Positions 24,869 through 37,968 are shown, counted from the first letter of the whole stretch. The stretch: 57,271 bases of DNA, filler included, from Hydrolagus affinis (GCA_012026655.1; 4 parts of 4 records of this genome joined end to end with filler, not necessarily neighbours in it), one strand, 5' to 3'. Numbers and translations: made by a program. Notes: a model not told the origin generated them from the sequence alone.

Positions 24869-27143
24869 ATGGCAAGCGCTGCGTTTCACTATTTCTCTCT
24901 CGTGGGGTTACTTTCCACAGGTAGGTGCTCGGTTTGGTTAAAAAAAACTATGTATTTATGTCCTAAAGTACGCGCTCCGGGCGCTACCCTGAGAGAGAGA
25001 TTCGCTAGGTAAATGCAAAATGTTGTGAACGTAGTTTCGTTGCTTCACTTTCAACTCCCCGACCTCACGCTGTGTATCTTCTCTGTACTCGCTGTGATCG
25101 GTTCTGTATTTTACCCAATCAGTGTCTGAATTTATTCCTGATAGTTGCTGACGGTACTTTGATGAAAGTGACTCAACTCCCCAAACACACCGTCACTAAA
25201 GGAGGAAGCGTCACATTCCAGTGTGGCATTCCCTACTTTGAAGGCTCCCCACGTATTAAAGTGTACTGGTGGAAGCTTGGGGAGAGGGAGTACCTGCAAA
25301 CAAGGCCAGATCCCAGGAAAATATTTGGTTTCGAACAAGGAGGAAGCGGCTTCATTCAGCTCCTGGATGTGAATTTCCAGGACTCTGGAGTTTATCACTG
25401 CGCTCTGGTGTTACAGGGGAAAATAGCAGCAAATGGAACTGGATCCACTTTAACTGTTTGCCGTAAGTGTTAAACCAGCGTAGATCTGGATCATTGCTAT
25501 CTACACATGTTACCCAAACATAACTAACTAATACACTATACTCTGAAAAGAATCAAAAGTAGAATAAGACCTACATGTGTGTTTATCTTCTACTTTGGGG
25601 AAATGTTCCAGTTCCTGAAGAGGAATGGCATTCCCTGGTTACCTAATCCTGGAGAGTATAGGTTGGCAAGTGCCAAGGGTTGGGACCTGAGTCAGCTAAA
25701 GCCGCAAACTTGTCCCAGCAATTAAAAACTTGAAAACACTGTGTCCGGCAAGCTTCCTGCCGTGTGTGTGGGGCAGTCAGCCTGCCGCTTACTGACTAAA
25801 GTAAATAGGGGACATGAGTGGGAAGACTCTCTGCCCCCAGCACTGTCTGCCTCTGATCCTCGCTGATGAGCCGGGCTGGCTGGTCTGTCACCAGCAAAGC
25901 TTGAGAGGCTCTGAGGACCTGCCAACGTTAGGAATGGAAACACTGACACAGAATTGACTGAGTTGGAACATTGCGCCGCTGAGCGCGTCCTCGTAGAGCA
26001 GTTCAGTTCCAAGGAGACTCCATTCACCTCGATAGTGTAATCATTTAGTGGCTACAAACACGATAAACATGCCAGTAACCAAACTAACCCAAACCAAATA
26101 ATAATAATGAATTTTAAAATAATAATAATTCGTATCATTAGGAATATATACTGAGATTTATTCGCATCGAACTGTCCGAATAACACAATCGAGAATTGCA
26201 TAACATCTCTAGAATATCCTTGTAAAGGTGGGAAACACGAAATTTATCATGGATACTTTTAAGAAGATTGTGATAGTTTTTTTTTGCATTGATGTCAGCC
26301 ACTCGGCTGACTGAAAACATTGTGGAAATGAATCCTTACCTCGTTGACGGTTTAAATAGAAAATAGCAGCCGCGTTTTATTCTCGCTTGGGCTATCTTTT
26401 TTGGGTGAAGTCATTGACTTAAAGGTGAACTACATTCAATACTAACAATGTTGTTTCATTACTTTTGGAAACTGGGATTCCTGGAGATTAAATAAAATAT
26501 GCCGTTAAGTAAGAAATACATAAATCAGATCAATTTGCGGCAGAAAATGTAATCGGATATAAATCAGAATAAACGTTTCTCCAACTGAAGTTGTGTAATT
26601 CGGTTCCAATATGGAGGTTTGTATCGCAGTGGCTCGAGCCTCACAAGCGAGAGACCTGTGCTCGATTCCAGGCAGGCCTGAACCTTGGGCAAGGGTCCTC
26701 ACTCCTCACACCGGATTATAATCCCAGAAGAGGATCCACAACAATACATTGATCATAAATTGTCTGTGCGCAATTGGCCGCCGCGTTTCTACCACAAACG
26801 TACAAGTACCTTCTGTGAGGCGCTTGGAGACGTACAGAAGATGTGAAAAACACTATGTGAAATGCAAGGATTATTATTGTTATTACCTAATTTACAGTTC
26901 CGCCAACGTCGCTGAAGATAATCCCAAGATTTAGTCAACATAATACACTCGTGTCTCTGACTCTTGTGTGTCAAACGGCTGTGTATTACCCGAAGAATCT
27001 CACCCTGACTTGGTATAACAATGGCACCGAAATTACAACCGGAATAAATACCACTGAGCAGCAGCATCCAGATGGATTGTATAGGACTTCCAGCTCACTG
27101 GAGGTGGCATCACCTGTCTTGAATGGGACTGTTTATACCTGTA
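24869..27143 (+). CDS. Non-rearranging leader-VJ-C1 IgSF receptor gene (SIRP/VJC1-like), 3' part lost in gap (exons 24869-24920, 25145-25462, 26898-27143+)
   Basis: Leader MASAAFHYFSLVGLLST (phase 1). V exon has FQC, YWW, DSGVYHC and a germline-fused G strand NGTGSTLTV, followed by a GTAAGT donor and no RSS. The C1-set exon has LVC, YYPKNLTLTW, HPDGLYRTSSSL and VYTC. All exons are open and in phase. Confidence 0.88.
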
Positions 27144-27243
27144 NNNNNNNNNNNNNNNNNNNNNNNNNNNNNNNNNNNNNNNNNNNNTTAATTAATTAAN
27201 NNNNNNNNNNNNNNNNNNNNNNNNNNNNNNNNNNNNNNNNNNN
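27144..27243. other. Assembly gap with artificial six-frame stop linker
   Basis: 44 N + TTAATTAATTAA + 44 N. Confidence 0.95.
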
Positions 27244-28640
27244 CATTTCTGGGTGACGACATGGTGCCTGTAAGACTTAACAATAGATCATTTTCCTTTA
27301 TCCATGGATGTGAAATAATGACCTTTTACCTCCATCAACTCAGAGGCTGTGACTTCACACTAATGCACAACCAGATTATCCATTTTGACCCTCAACTTTC
27401 GTTCATACATGGCAACCATGCCATACCTAGACCCCCTTTCCCCACCTCTGTAACTTCGCCTGAGTCCATCACTGTCTCATACTACAGGCCACCATGACCC
27501 ACATACATATATTCACAACCTGCAGGCTCGCCAACACAAACTCACATCTTGTTTTTCTTCCCCACTGCTCCCTCCATTGGCTGCTGATCAAGCACAACCC
27601 TGGAACCACTGGTCTCTCCACTACGAGGCTTCGAGACCCTATCACTCCCACCCTCTCCCAACTCCACTGCCTTCCCACCACATAGAGAATATAGTACTAT
27701 ATCCTTGTCCTCAACTTTAAAGCCCTCCATTGTCTTGCTCCTACCTAACTCTACAAACTCCTAACCTTCTACCAATTTGTCGACTGCCTCGACTCCACAG
27801 GTTCTGGCCTGTATCATGTCACATACCCCGTGTACCCCACCGTTAGTGAGCGGGTCATCAGCCACTCTGCCCCATCCTCTGAAACATCACCCTGTGGGCC
27901 CTCCACATTCACCCTCATTTGCCTTTTTCCCGACACCCATATCTTCAATTTTGCCTTCAGTCACATTTCATCTCCCAGACCTCCGAAGCCTGGATCACTG
28001 CATCAAGCTCAGGGCCAATACACTAATATTGAACTTCTTGGGAATTATCTCACATAATGAAACTCACTGTATAAATGTATTTTGTATTGTTTGGACTCCA
28101 TTTTTGCACCTCTTATCCAAACCCTACTGACCTATAATGATGACTCTTGCGATGCCATCTGCCACTTCAACAACTTCCGTTTCCGTGGTCCTGAACACCT
28201 CCTATTCACAATGGACATTCAGTAGCTATACACCTCCATCCGCCACAAGGATGGTCTGCAGGCTCTCCGGTTCCATGGAACAGTAGCACAGCTGGTCTTC
28301 ATCCACTACCATCCTCCTCGGCCTGACTGAATTTGTGCTGATGTTGAATAACTTCACCTTCAACTCCAAACACTTGTTGCAAATAAAAGGTGTCATTATG
28401 AGAAACCAAATAGGTCCCAGTTAAGGCTGCTTGTTTGCTGGTTATCTGGAACACTCTTTGCTCCAGGCTTATTGAGGTCCACTCACTGAGCTGTTCCCCA
28501 GGTATATTGATGAATGTGTTGGCTGCTTCCTGCTCTTGCAGCAAATTGGAACAATTCATCAAGTTTCACTTCCAGCATCCACCCCTCCATAAAATTCACA
28601 TGAGCATCTCCGACTCTTTTCTTCCTTTTCTCGACTTCAC
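27244..28640 (+). mobile_element. Penelope-like element RT remnant
   Basis: Degenerate reading of LLFTMDIQ*LYTSIRHKDGLQAL and EFVLMLNNFTFNSKHLLQIKGV at about 28190-28400, resembling PLE RT motifs. Left end approximate. Confidence 0.65.
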
Positions 28641-28649
28641 CATTTGGGT

Positions 28650-29100
28650 CTCGGGCCATGGCGGTTGTGGGTCGGTTATGTGGGGGTTAACAATCGCAGA
28701 TGAAGGGTGGAGCAAGGCTGTGGAGGACTTTGAATTTGAGGAACAGGAACTTCAATTGGATTCTCTGGATGATGGGGAGCCAATGAAGTCGGGCAAAGAC
28801 TGTGATGATGGGGTCACACAGCTAGAAGTGGTAGAGCACACAGGCCGCAGAGTTCTAGATTATCTGCAACCTGTGGATGGAAGAATTGCGAAGTCCGACA
28901 AGCAGGGCGTTTGCATAGTCAAGATGGGATTTGATGAATGCATGAATGAAGATTTCATTCCTCATTGGGGGTAAGGTAATGGCAGAATAGGGCAATATTT
29001 TGGAGGTGAGGGAAGGCAAAGCGAGTCATTGCTTAGATGTGGGGGAGGAAGGACAGTTGACCTAGGTTCCTGACTGGCTTGGTGAGGTTGAGTGTGCAAC
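28650..29100 (-). mobile_element. L2-type LINE fragment
   Basis: Reverse complement of the L2 RT C-terminal region. Confidence 0.6.
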
Positions 29101-29689
29101 CATGGAGGTTGGTGCTGCTAGCACCTGATGCGTGAAGGTGCTGGTGCTAGCTAATCAGGAGAGCCTCTTACGGGGGTTGGTCAACCATCTCCATCTGTAG
29201 AATTATAAGTAAAATCCTGCTGATGCTGGGAATCTGAAACAAAAATCTTCAGTCTCTGGGAACACTGAGTATGTCAGTGAACATCTATGGAGAAAGGAGA
29301 GTGAGTCAATGTTTCAGGCCCAGGATCCTTCTTTGGAGCAGTTCTGATGAAGGTTCATTGACTCGAAACATTGTGTCACTTACCTTTCTCCATACTTGCT
29401 GCATGATTGGCTGAGTTTTTTCAGCGACTTCTATTTTTGCGACTGCACAATTGCCTGGCTTCAGACCTACTAATTTTGCTGTTGCAGTGTTTATATTTTA
29501 TTTTATTAATTTTTGAAAGAACAAGAGGTGAATCATGAGAATTTTCTTACTGCAGAGGATAAGTGGCTGTTCTCTCCGGATCGGTCACAAAAATATCCAT
29601 TCACTCTCCAGTAAGTCACACACAATCCATGACATTACCATCACCTTGTCTTTTCCCTTTACTTTTTGGAACCATCACTTCCATTTTCT

Positions 29690-31100
29690 TTGAGCTCCTT
29701 ACTCTTTACCACCCGTTCAGTCTCTCCCTCTTGCATCCTTCCTCCTGCAATCCATCCCTTACCTTCCTCTCAAAGGTATCCACCCTTCTATATTCACTCG
29801 CCCCCTGCTCTGAAAGCCTTCCCATCTCAGACGATTTCAATCTACACTTCATCCCCACTCCACCACCTCCCGCTCTACGTCTACTGACTTCTCATCCCTC
29901 CTCTCCTCACATAGCCTTTCACTTCCATCACCCACTCCAACACCCATATCCATGGCCACCCCCTTGACCTGGAGATCACACACTGCCTCGCCATCACAGA
30001 TATCACCATCACCAAAAAAGCCATTTCAGACTTCATCTCCCTTAAAAACCCCATAACCCTTTCAGCTACACAATCCTCTGCCATCAGCTACTGCCCTTGG
30101 AAATAAATCCCTCCCCATCCCCCCCCCACCCCCCCCATCTCCCTGTCTGCTGCTCTGCCAGATAGAGTCATCTGAACTGATTTGGCTAGATCATAATAAT
30201 ACCTACCACTCACCCTTGCATATGTCAAGTCTTTCTTGTATTCCAAGATAAGATTTGAAGACAAGGAATACCCCCAGGCTACCCTTCTCCACCAAAATCA
30301 CTTTATCCATCCACCAACCGAAGCCTCACTCATCCTATCCTCCAATTCAAACTGTGAGATGCTGGACTTCCTCGAATCTAAAACCGAGTTAATCCATTCA
30401 GCCACTTCTACTCCTTCTACTGATAACTGCTGTTACCTCTCCCTCATGACCCACACCCCTCCCACCTCCTCACCTCACCCCATCTCATCATCATCAACAA
30501 CAACAACTTCGATTTATAATTTACCTCCACGCCGGACAGCATCTCAGAGATCTCCATTTCTCTCCACATCTCCCATCCGTACCTCCTAGCCCCAACTCCT
30601 AACCAATATCATCAATCACTCCTTATCCACCAGCACCATGCCCACACCTCTTAAAACAGGTGTCATCACCCACTTATTGAAAAAGTCTGATCCATACTCT
30701 GTAGTTACCGGCACATCTCAAACCTCCCGTTCCTTTCCAAGGCCCTGGAAAGAGTTGTAGTGTTCCAATTCCATTCCTTTCTTTCTTGCCATTTCCTCTT
30801 TGAACCCCTTCTATCCAACTCCCATGCTGAGCACAGCATGAAGACAACCCTAGTCAAAGTCTTTAATTACACTTTAAACATCTGCAATCAGGGCTTCCTC
30901 TGCCGCCTTGTCCTCCTTGACCTCTTTGCTGCCTTTGACATCGAGCACTTCCTCTTCCTACACCACCTATCCTCTCTAATCCATTTTCGTGGATCTGCCC
31001 TCACCTCATTTGACTCTTAACTCTCTCCTCATCTCCACTTTGTTGGTGCCAATAGTACTGCATCCCACAGTCCCTTTGCCTCGCTTCCTCCCTTGCCTCC
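29690..31100 (+). mobile_element. Highly degenerate L2-type LINE ORF2 fragment
   Basis: Remnant motifs KTTLVKVFN and LVLLDLFAAFD; C-rich L2-like composition. Confidence 0.65.
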
Positions 31101-31109
31101 TCAAGACCC

Positions 31110-31840
31110 TCCTATTTTCTAGAAGGGGAGATAAGATAGTGTTAGTGTTCAGGGAGATTTGGTTGTCCTTCTACACCAGTCGCAAAAAGTTAGTTTGCAG
31201 GTGCGGCAAGCAACAAAGCAGGCAAACGACATGTTAGCATTCATTGCAAAAGGTTTAGAGTACAAGAGTAGGGAAGTCTTGCTGCAACTGTATAGGGCCT
31301 TGGTGAGACCGCACCTGGAATACTGTGTGCAGTTTTGGTCTCTTTATTTAAAAAAGGACATACTTACCTTAGACCTGATACAGCGTAGATTCACTAGGTT
31401 AGTTGCTGGGTTGAGGGGACTGACCTATGAGGATAGGTTGAATAAACTAGGGCTATACTCTCTAAAGTATAGAAAAGAATTAGGGAGGATCTTATTGAAA
31501 CATATAAGATTTTTAAAGGGCTGGATAAAGCAGACAACGAGAGACTGTTTCCCCTAGTAGGAGAATCTATAACTAGAGGTCAGTCTTAAAATTAAGGAAC
31601 ATAGATGTTGAAACATTCCTTCACTCAGAGGGTAGTGAATTTATGGAATTTACATCCCCAGAAGGTTGTTTTCAAGGCTGAGGCTGCTAGATTTTTTTCA
31701 AAATAGAGGGATTATAGGGGATATGGAGATAGGCAGGTAATTAGAGTTGGGTCAGAAGATCAGCCATGATCTTATCGAAGGCAGGGACAGGCTTGAATGG
31801 CCCAATTGCCTAATCTTGCTCGTAATTCTTATGTTCTTAT
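31110..31840 (+). mobile_element. CR1-type LINE 3' fragment
   Basis: LLQLYRALVRPHLEYCVQFWSLYLKKDI...QRRFTRLV is the canonical CR1 ORF2 C-terminal motif. Confidence 0.9.
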
Positions 31841-32157
31841 GTATTACCTGATCACAGGCTTGAGATATCCCATAGTGCTTCACAGAATATACTCAAAAGA
31901 GAACTAACTGTGTATTTTTTGAGTGAAACTTGGCAGCCAATTACACACAGCAGTCGGGGTTTCAGTAACCATATAATTATTAATATTGCTTCTTGTTTGC
32001 AGTAAGAAAAATTGCCCAAGGTTTAGCCCTGCGTGGGAATTGAGGCCAAGTCACTTGCTAGGTGAGTGCTCTAATTACTAAGCTGTGGGACCCAAGTTAA
32101 GACAGTGTTGAGTTAAGTGCATTTTAATTGTATAACACCATGATGTACATTTGGCAG

Positions 32158-32282
32158 TGTTTGACTGTGGCAGCCCGAGCCCTATAGAGAATGGACATTT
32201 CACCTTCCTCATAGAGACTGGTGGAAATCTCACATCGTGTTCACTTGTGACTCAGAATATTACAAGCCTGACATCCAAGGGG
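32158..32282 (+). pseudogene. Frameshifted Sushi/CCP half-domain exon, MASP/C1r/C1s-like (copy 1)
   Basis: After GGCAG: FDCGSPSPIENGHFTFLIET, a 1-nt frameshift, then WKSHIVFTCDSEYYKPDIQG. No clear donor. Confidence 0.6.
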
Positions 32283-35200
32283 CTCCCAATGACGCTGCTC
32301 TAATCCAGTCACTTACGGTTGGTCCCAGACTCCCAAGATGGCAAAAACACATTTTTGTTTACCTGATTTGCTAATCATGATTGTAGGACAAGCCTCTTGC
32401 CGCCATCTTGTCAAAAACTTCCCGTCCCACCATTGATGGCTGTGCATTCAGCATCTCTGTCGCCACACGCGAGAAGTCTATCTCACAATGCCCTGAACAT
32501 TGGAGCGACATGGGCATATTTGTTTTCAGGTAACTTGATCAGTTTGGTGTTTTTTCTGCTTTAGTTACACCTGGTGGCCACCGAGTAAAAGTGTGGCACT
32601 GTGACACCGTGCATCACAGAGTACATACGTATGTGGGCCTCACACAGGAGCCCTCCCAAACGGACACAATAGACTGAATGCCCTCCTTCTGTGCTGTATA
32701 ATTCGATTAATAAACATGTTTTTTGTGCCAATATTACTTTTTATTCCACAATTTCTGATTTACCAATCACGGCCACTTGAGATGACCTGACAGCTGCTGT
32801 TGTTGTTGTTGTTGCTGTTGGTGTGAAGCATAATGTATGAAAGGTCAGGCTGTGGTCTCTGTGGTGTGAGGGCAGGAAGCTGATCACTGATTGACTACAC
32901 ACAATCACAGCTGTTTCCTGACAATTGCACTGTGAGTTTCTGCCCCACCTGAAGGCAGCGTCATCCCGTGTCTTTCCAGCAAGAAGACTTTAGATATGAC
33001 TTGTGTAGCGTTTTGCAAATGAGCTGTTTGTTCTGCAACATATACATCTGTTCTATAACATCTGCAAATTATCATTTCCTGTAAACTCAAAGTCTTGAAT
33101 TGTAAATCAGAAAAATAAACCCCCAACATTATAGAAATAAACAGTGACACAGATCTCTCCATATTTCTGTTGGTTGATAAGTAAAGCCAGAGCCTCTTAT
33201 ATATTGTTTAATGTAACAATACTACAGAAAAAGCAGAATATGTGTTAACAAAGGCAATTGAAAGCTGTGTAACAGTCTCGGTGTTAGAGATGCTGCATTA
33301 TATTTTCTGGGCAGTTTGCCTGTACATCTGAGCAACATTACCCGAGCGATACACTGTACAATATTAACTGTCCACCATTCAAATACTATAATACTTGATG
33401 ACAATTTTAGAACATAATTGTGCACAATGACACATTCTATGGAGCAATCAGCCCAAGGAAGCCATAGACAGAGTTATTTGGGACATTGGAAAGAGGGAAG
33501 AACTGATAAAATGGGACCTAAGATTAATAATAAGAAAAATCTTTTGATTTGATACCGCGCGTTTCATGTCTTCTTGACATTTCAAAGTGCTTCACTGAAT
33601 AAAAAGTAAAGTGAATCGACTGTATATATATTGTAGGTGAAACACTGCTGCCAATTTTTCACAACAGTGTGATATAATCAGTCGGGGATTGACATGACCA
33701 ATTAATTGAGATTTTTTTCTTAAAACTTTGGCCTGCGTGGAACCGAACACAGGTCTCTCGCTTGTAAGGTGAGTTGCTCAACTACTGAGCTACAGAATTG
33801 TTATATGCTCTCAACAAATATGAAACGCACTGATTTACAAAATTGTTTTATTACAGATAATTACATGCACTTTTCCAAATGTGTTACACTGTTATCATTT
33901 TCAAATCATGACCTTATTTGTCCATTTTCAAAATATGTCAAATGTGTTCGTTCTTCCCCGACACATCACCAAGTTCCTGATCATCGGGAGTGTCCTCACA
34001 TTCAGCAAATAAATACCTTGTTCATGTCATGGAAAACTGTCTGGAATAACAATCATCAATAAAAATTGATTTCAAACATAAATTTATATGATTTTTTGCT
34101 TCACCAAAGCTGGAGTATTTTGTGAGGTGTCCACACATGAAGTTGATCTGTGTCCTGTTGATTATGAGCCTTAAGAATGACCACTTTCCTGGTGTTTGGG
34201 ATGGGTTTGCTGTGAGATAAGATGTCTTGTAAATCATGTACAGGTTCCAGATCCAGAGACCAAAGGAGAATTCAGCAATCAGCGGTGGATCCTCATGTCT
34301 CACTGTGGAGTCCTGTAGCTCAGGTGTTAGAGCACTCGCCTCGCAAGTCAGAGACCAGGTTGGATTCCTGGCTGGGAAAAGCCTTGGACAAGATTCCTTA
34401 CTCCACACGCCTGATAATAATCATTCGAGATAATAATAATAAATTATTGAAACCACTTCTGATTCGAGCTTCATTTTGTTTCTTCCCAGTTTTCTTCTCC
34501 CTCTTGTCCTGAAGGAGTGTGACTGGTCTGACATTACACTGGGCTCCTACTTCACCAGTAGCCCTCGCCACCTAGCTTCTCACCCCAAGAGAACGTTTCA
34601 TGCTTGGCTTGAAATCGTGAACCTCCACATCAAACCGTTCACCATCATTGCATTACTTCATAGCTAATCAATCTTGTGGTTTCAATAATTGCCGGGACTA
34701 ATAACACATAGAGGATTATTATAATAAGTGGACTAAGGGCTAAATTCATGCATGTTTTCCACGAAGCCAGAGATAAATATTATGGCCACGTTTGACATTG
34801 ACATGACCACTAAGGTAGACTTCCTCAAAAGTAAGAGAAAAGAGAGGAAAGTAGGAGTAAGTTCATATTGACAAGCGATACAATAGAAAACAAGAGATTA
34901 AAATTGCCAGGAAAATAAGAATTTTTAAAATTTAAATATGTGCACATCAAATTGCCAGTTCAGGTATCAAGAGGATTTGAGCATATTCCTTTACTCCTAT
35001 ATACACCACAAACAGTCATGGATTGAAATGACCAATTTTATTTTATTATTGTTTTTTTTTAAATCGATTATTATTAGACGTGTGGAGTAGGGAAACTTGC
35101 CCAAGATTTTGCCCTGACATGCCTGGATTCAAACACACTCTTGTAAGGCAAGTGCTCTAATGACTGAACTACAGAACTCCACAACATACTATTTTAATAA

Positions 35201-36540
35201 GCAGACAGTGACTGTCAGGTGGGAAAATGGCTGTGGTGATTTTCTAATCTATCTGACAAGAATAAATTGTTTTAATAAATGTCAGTATGTCAGAAATTCC
35301 CAACTTTTAAGTTTTCAGACAACTGTATAAATGTGTAAGGTTATCCGGAGATCTGGGTAATCTTGAAATAAGTATTTATCCACAAATTAAATGAAAGATT
35401 TAATTAATTAATATTTTATTTGCGATCTACTCAATTGAGAAAATTTTTAATTTCAGCTGCTTTTTGAAGAGCCGCAGATTCCTTACATGTTAAAAATCTT
35501 GTTACTCAGAGTAAGAATGGTAAATATTTTAGCCTGGGAGAGTTTATAACGACATTATCATCACAGAGACACTGTCTGAATCTCTGTGATTCTGAACTGA
35601 AACTGGTCACAAGGCAACTTTAAGCTGCTTTTCAGTCAAAGCAGATTCCCGCACAGACATCTCTGCCTTCATTGAACCATTTCACAGCTGAAATGTGACA
35701 CCGAGATTCACAGTAGAGCAGAAATAAATCCGGCCATAACTCATAAACTGAGAGTGAGATCTACCAGCACAGAGAAAGGCAGATAGTCAAGGCTTTGCTG
35801 TGTAGATTAGCAGTTTCTCTCTCACACACAGTTACAGTCTAACTAATATTATTGTGATTTTAAATTTAAACTGTATTTACATTTAAACTAACAATTGTGG
35901 CACCTTGGAGCCAATTCAGCACCTGCTCTACCCACCCCTCCTTTTTTTTCTGGAAATACAAATTAAAGCTAATATTGTGAAGAATTCAGTAAAAATTAGA
36001 GAAACTTTAAATATGTTAGCATACAACTATAGCTATCATACATTGCCAGGTATGCAGACAGTCATGCACTCAGAAATACAATAGTAATCATTACATTAGC
36101 TTCAGTGCCTATCACTTTAGTGAGACGTCTCAAAGTGATTCACGGGATATAATGTAAACTGGAGTGATGGTATTTTGTGGACTAAACACAGAACCCAACA
36201 ATGCCCCGCAAAAGAACAACACCAACAGCAAAATTACACTTGTATTGTGCCTTTCAAGTCAGGAGGACGTCCCAAGGCCCTGGACAATAACTGCTGAGGA
36301 CAGAGGGTGGGGGGGAGGGGAAGGAGTGCCAATGGGTCCATCAAAGAAGAGAGTCTTGAGGCGAGACTTGAAGGAGGCCAGGGAGGGGGCAAGGCAGAGG
36401 GACTTTGGGATGGAGCTCCAGAGGTTGGGGGCAGAGTGACTGAAGGCTGACCCACCAATGTTGGGGTGGGTGGGTTGGGGGACGTGGAGCAGGCCAGAGT
36501 GATTGGGCAATTTTATTTAAGGGATTGTTGACCACGATAA

Positions 36541-36780
36541 CAGGAGAGAGAGAGAGGGAGAGAGATAGATGCAGAGACAAAGAGAGAGAGAAACGGAGAG
36601 AGAAAGAGAGAGAGAAAGAGAGATAAAGAGAGAGAAACTATCTTCTGTTTTTGAACAGTGCCATCTACCTGAATGTAGACTGGGCCTCGGTTCAATGTCT
36701 GAAAACATACTTACTCACATACATACACATACATACACGCACACATACACATATATATATATATATATATGTATATATGT
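36541..36780. repeat. AG-rich and CA/TA microsatellites
   Basis: Visible (GA)n, (CA)n and (TA)n runs. Confidence 0.9.
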
Positions 36781-37665
36781 AATAATAAGCCTTGGATTTG
36801 ATATAGCGCTTTTCACGTATTCCAGATGTCTCAAAGCGCAACTCGGAATATACTGTAAAGTGTATTGACTGTATATTTGTGGGCAAATCAGGTGCCAATT
36901 GCACACAGCATTGTCCCACAAATAGTCATGGATTTAATTGACCGATGTTATCATTATTTTTTCTTGAGGGAATATTATCAGGCGCATGCAATAACAAAAC
37001 TTGCCCTAAACTAACAATGTTTTACCCTGCTGGAAATTCAACTGGTAACTCAGTTATGAGGCGAGAGCCCTAATCACTGAGCTTCAGGAATCCAACAGGA
37101 CATATACATATACATACACATATACACACACACATATAAAGCACATGCAAATAATATACACACATGTAAAAATAATAATAATCCTTGTGTTTGATACAGC
37201 GCTTTTCATGTTTGCTAGACATATCAAAACACTTCACAGAAAATACCGTGAAGTGTTTATTTATGGGCAAAACGTGGCAGTCAATTGTGTATTGCTGCTT
37301 CCCACAATTGGTTTGAAATGACCAAGTTATTATTGTTTTTAAGGGCTTATTACCAGGCGAGTGGAGTAAGGAAAATTTGATTGTCCAGTGCCTTGGAATG
37401 TCCTCCTGGTCTTTCACGTTGGGAGCACATCTCAAGGCACTGGACAATCAATGTTTCAGACCCAAGCTGTGTACACACATATACATACATACAAGCATTC
37501 ATATCTACACATATATACATACATACAAGCATTCATGTCTACACAAACACACATAAATACACACACACACACACACAAACGTATGTGTCACGGGTCTATA
37601 TCAGTTTATCTGTGTGTTTGACCAAATTGGAGAACCTGGAATGTAAATTTGCTCTTGGTTTCCAG

Positions 37666-37968
37666 CTGTCGCTAGTCCTCCCAGTCTTTACGCCCTGCTA
37701 CCATCCTGTGGACAACCCATTTATGGAAGCTCAGTGACTTTTGGGTGTCTGGCCACCAACTACATCCTCGAGCCGGCCACTTTCAGCTGGACATCAAGTG
37801 GACGTCCCATCACTGACCAAGTCAAGAATTATCCCTCAGTGCTCAACAAGAACGAACTCTACACTCTGAGCAGCCAGTTAACAATTACTGCATCTCAGAT
37901 GGACAACAGCAACATCCATTGTAAGGTTAAAAGCAGCAGCTGACAAGACGTGGAAATCCCTCTGCCAG
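37666..37968 (+). pseudogene. IGHM: Isolated immunoglobulin heavy-chain CH1 exon, IgM-like, with an in-frame stop
   Basis: 303-nt phase 1-1 exon: VASPPSLYALLPSCGQPIYGSSVTFGCLATNYILEPATFSWTSSGRPITDQVKNYPSVLNKNELYTLSSQLTITASQMDNSNIHCKVKSSS*QDVEIPLP. It has the CH1-type extra Cys (PSC) and shark C-mu1-like YPSV/YTLSSQL motifs. TGA at 37941-37943. Confidence 0.8.

Noticed and set aside
26951-27199. ORF ending in LIN after an X run
   Set aside because: The LIN* end is translated linker. The real signal is the C1 exon, annotated separately.
32300-32345. J-like WESGTN followed by GTAAGT on the minus strand
   Set aside because: Too short, lacks the G-x-G-T-x-L/V-x-V pattern and has no correctly spaced RSS.
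32597-32934. CACTGTG heptamers in block C as possible IgH D or J signals
   Set aside because: No nonamer at 12 or 22/23 bp spacing on either strand.
37145-37152. Octamer ATGCAAAT upstream of the CH1 exon
   Set aside because: It lies within a CA/TA microsatellite, with no supporting enhancer context.
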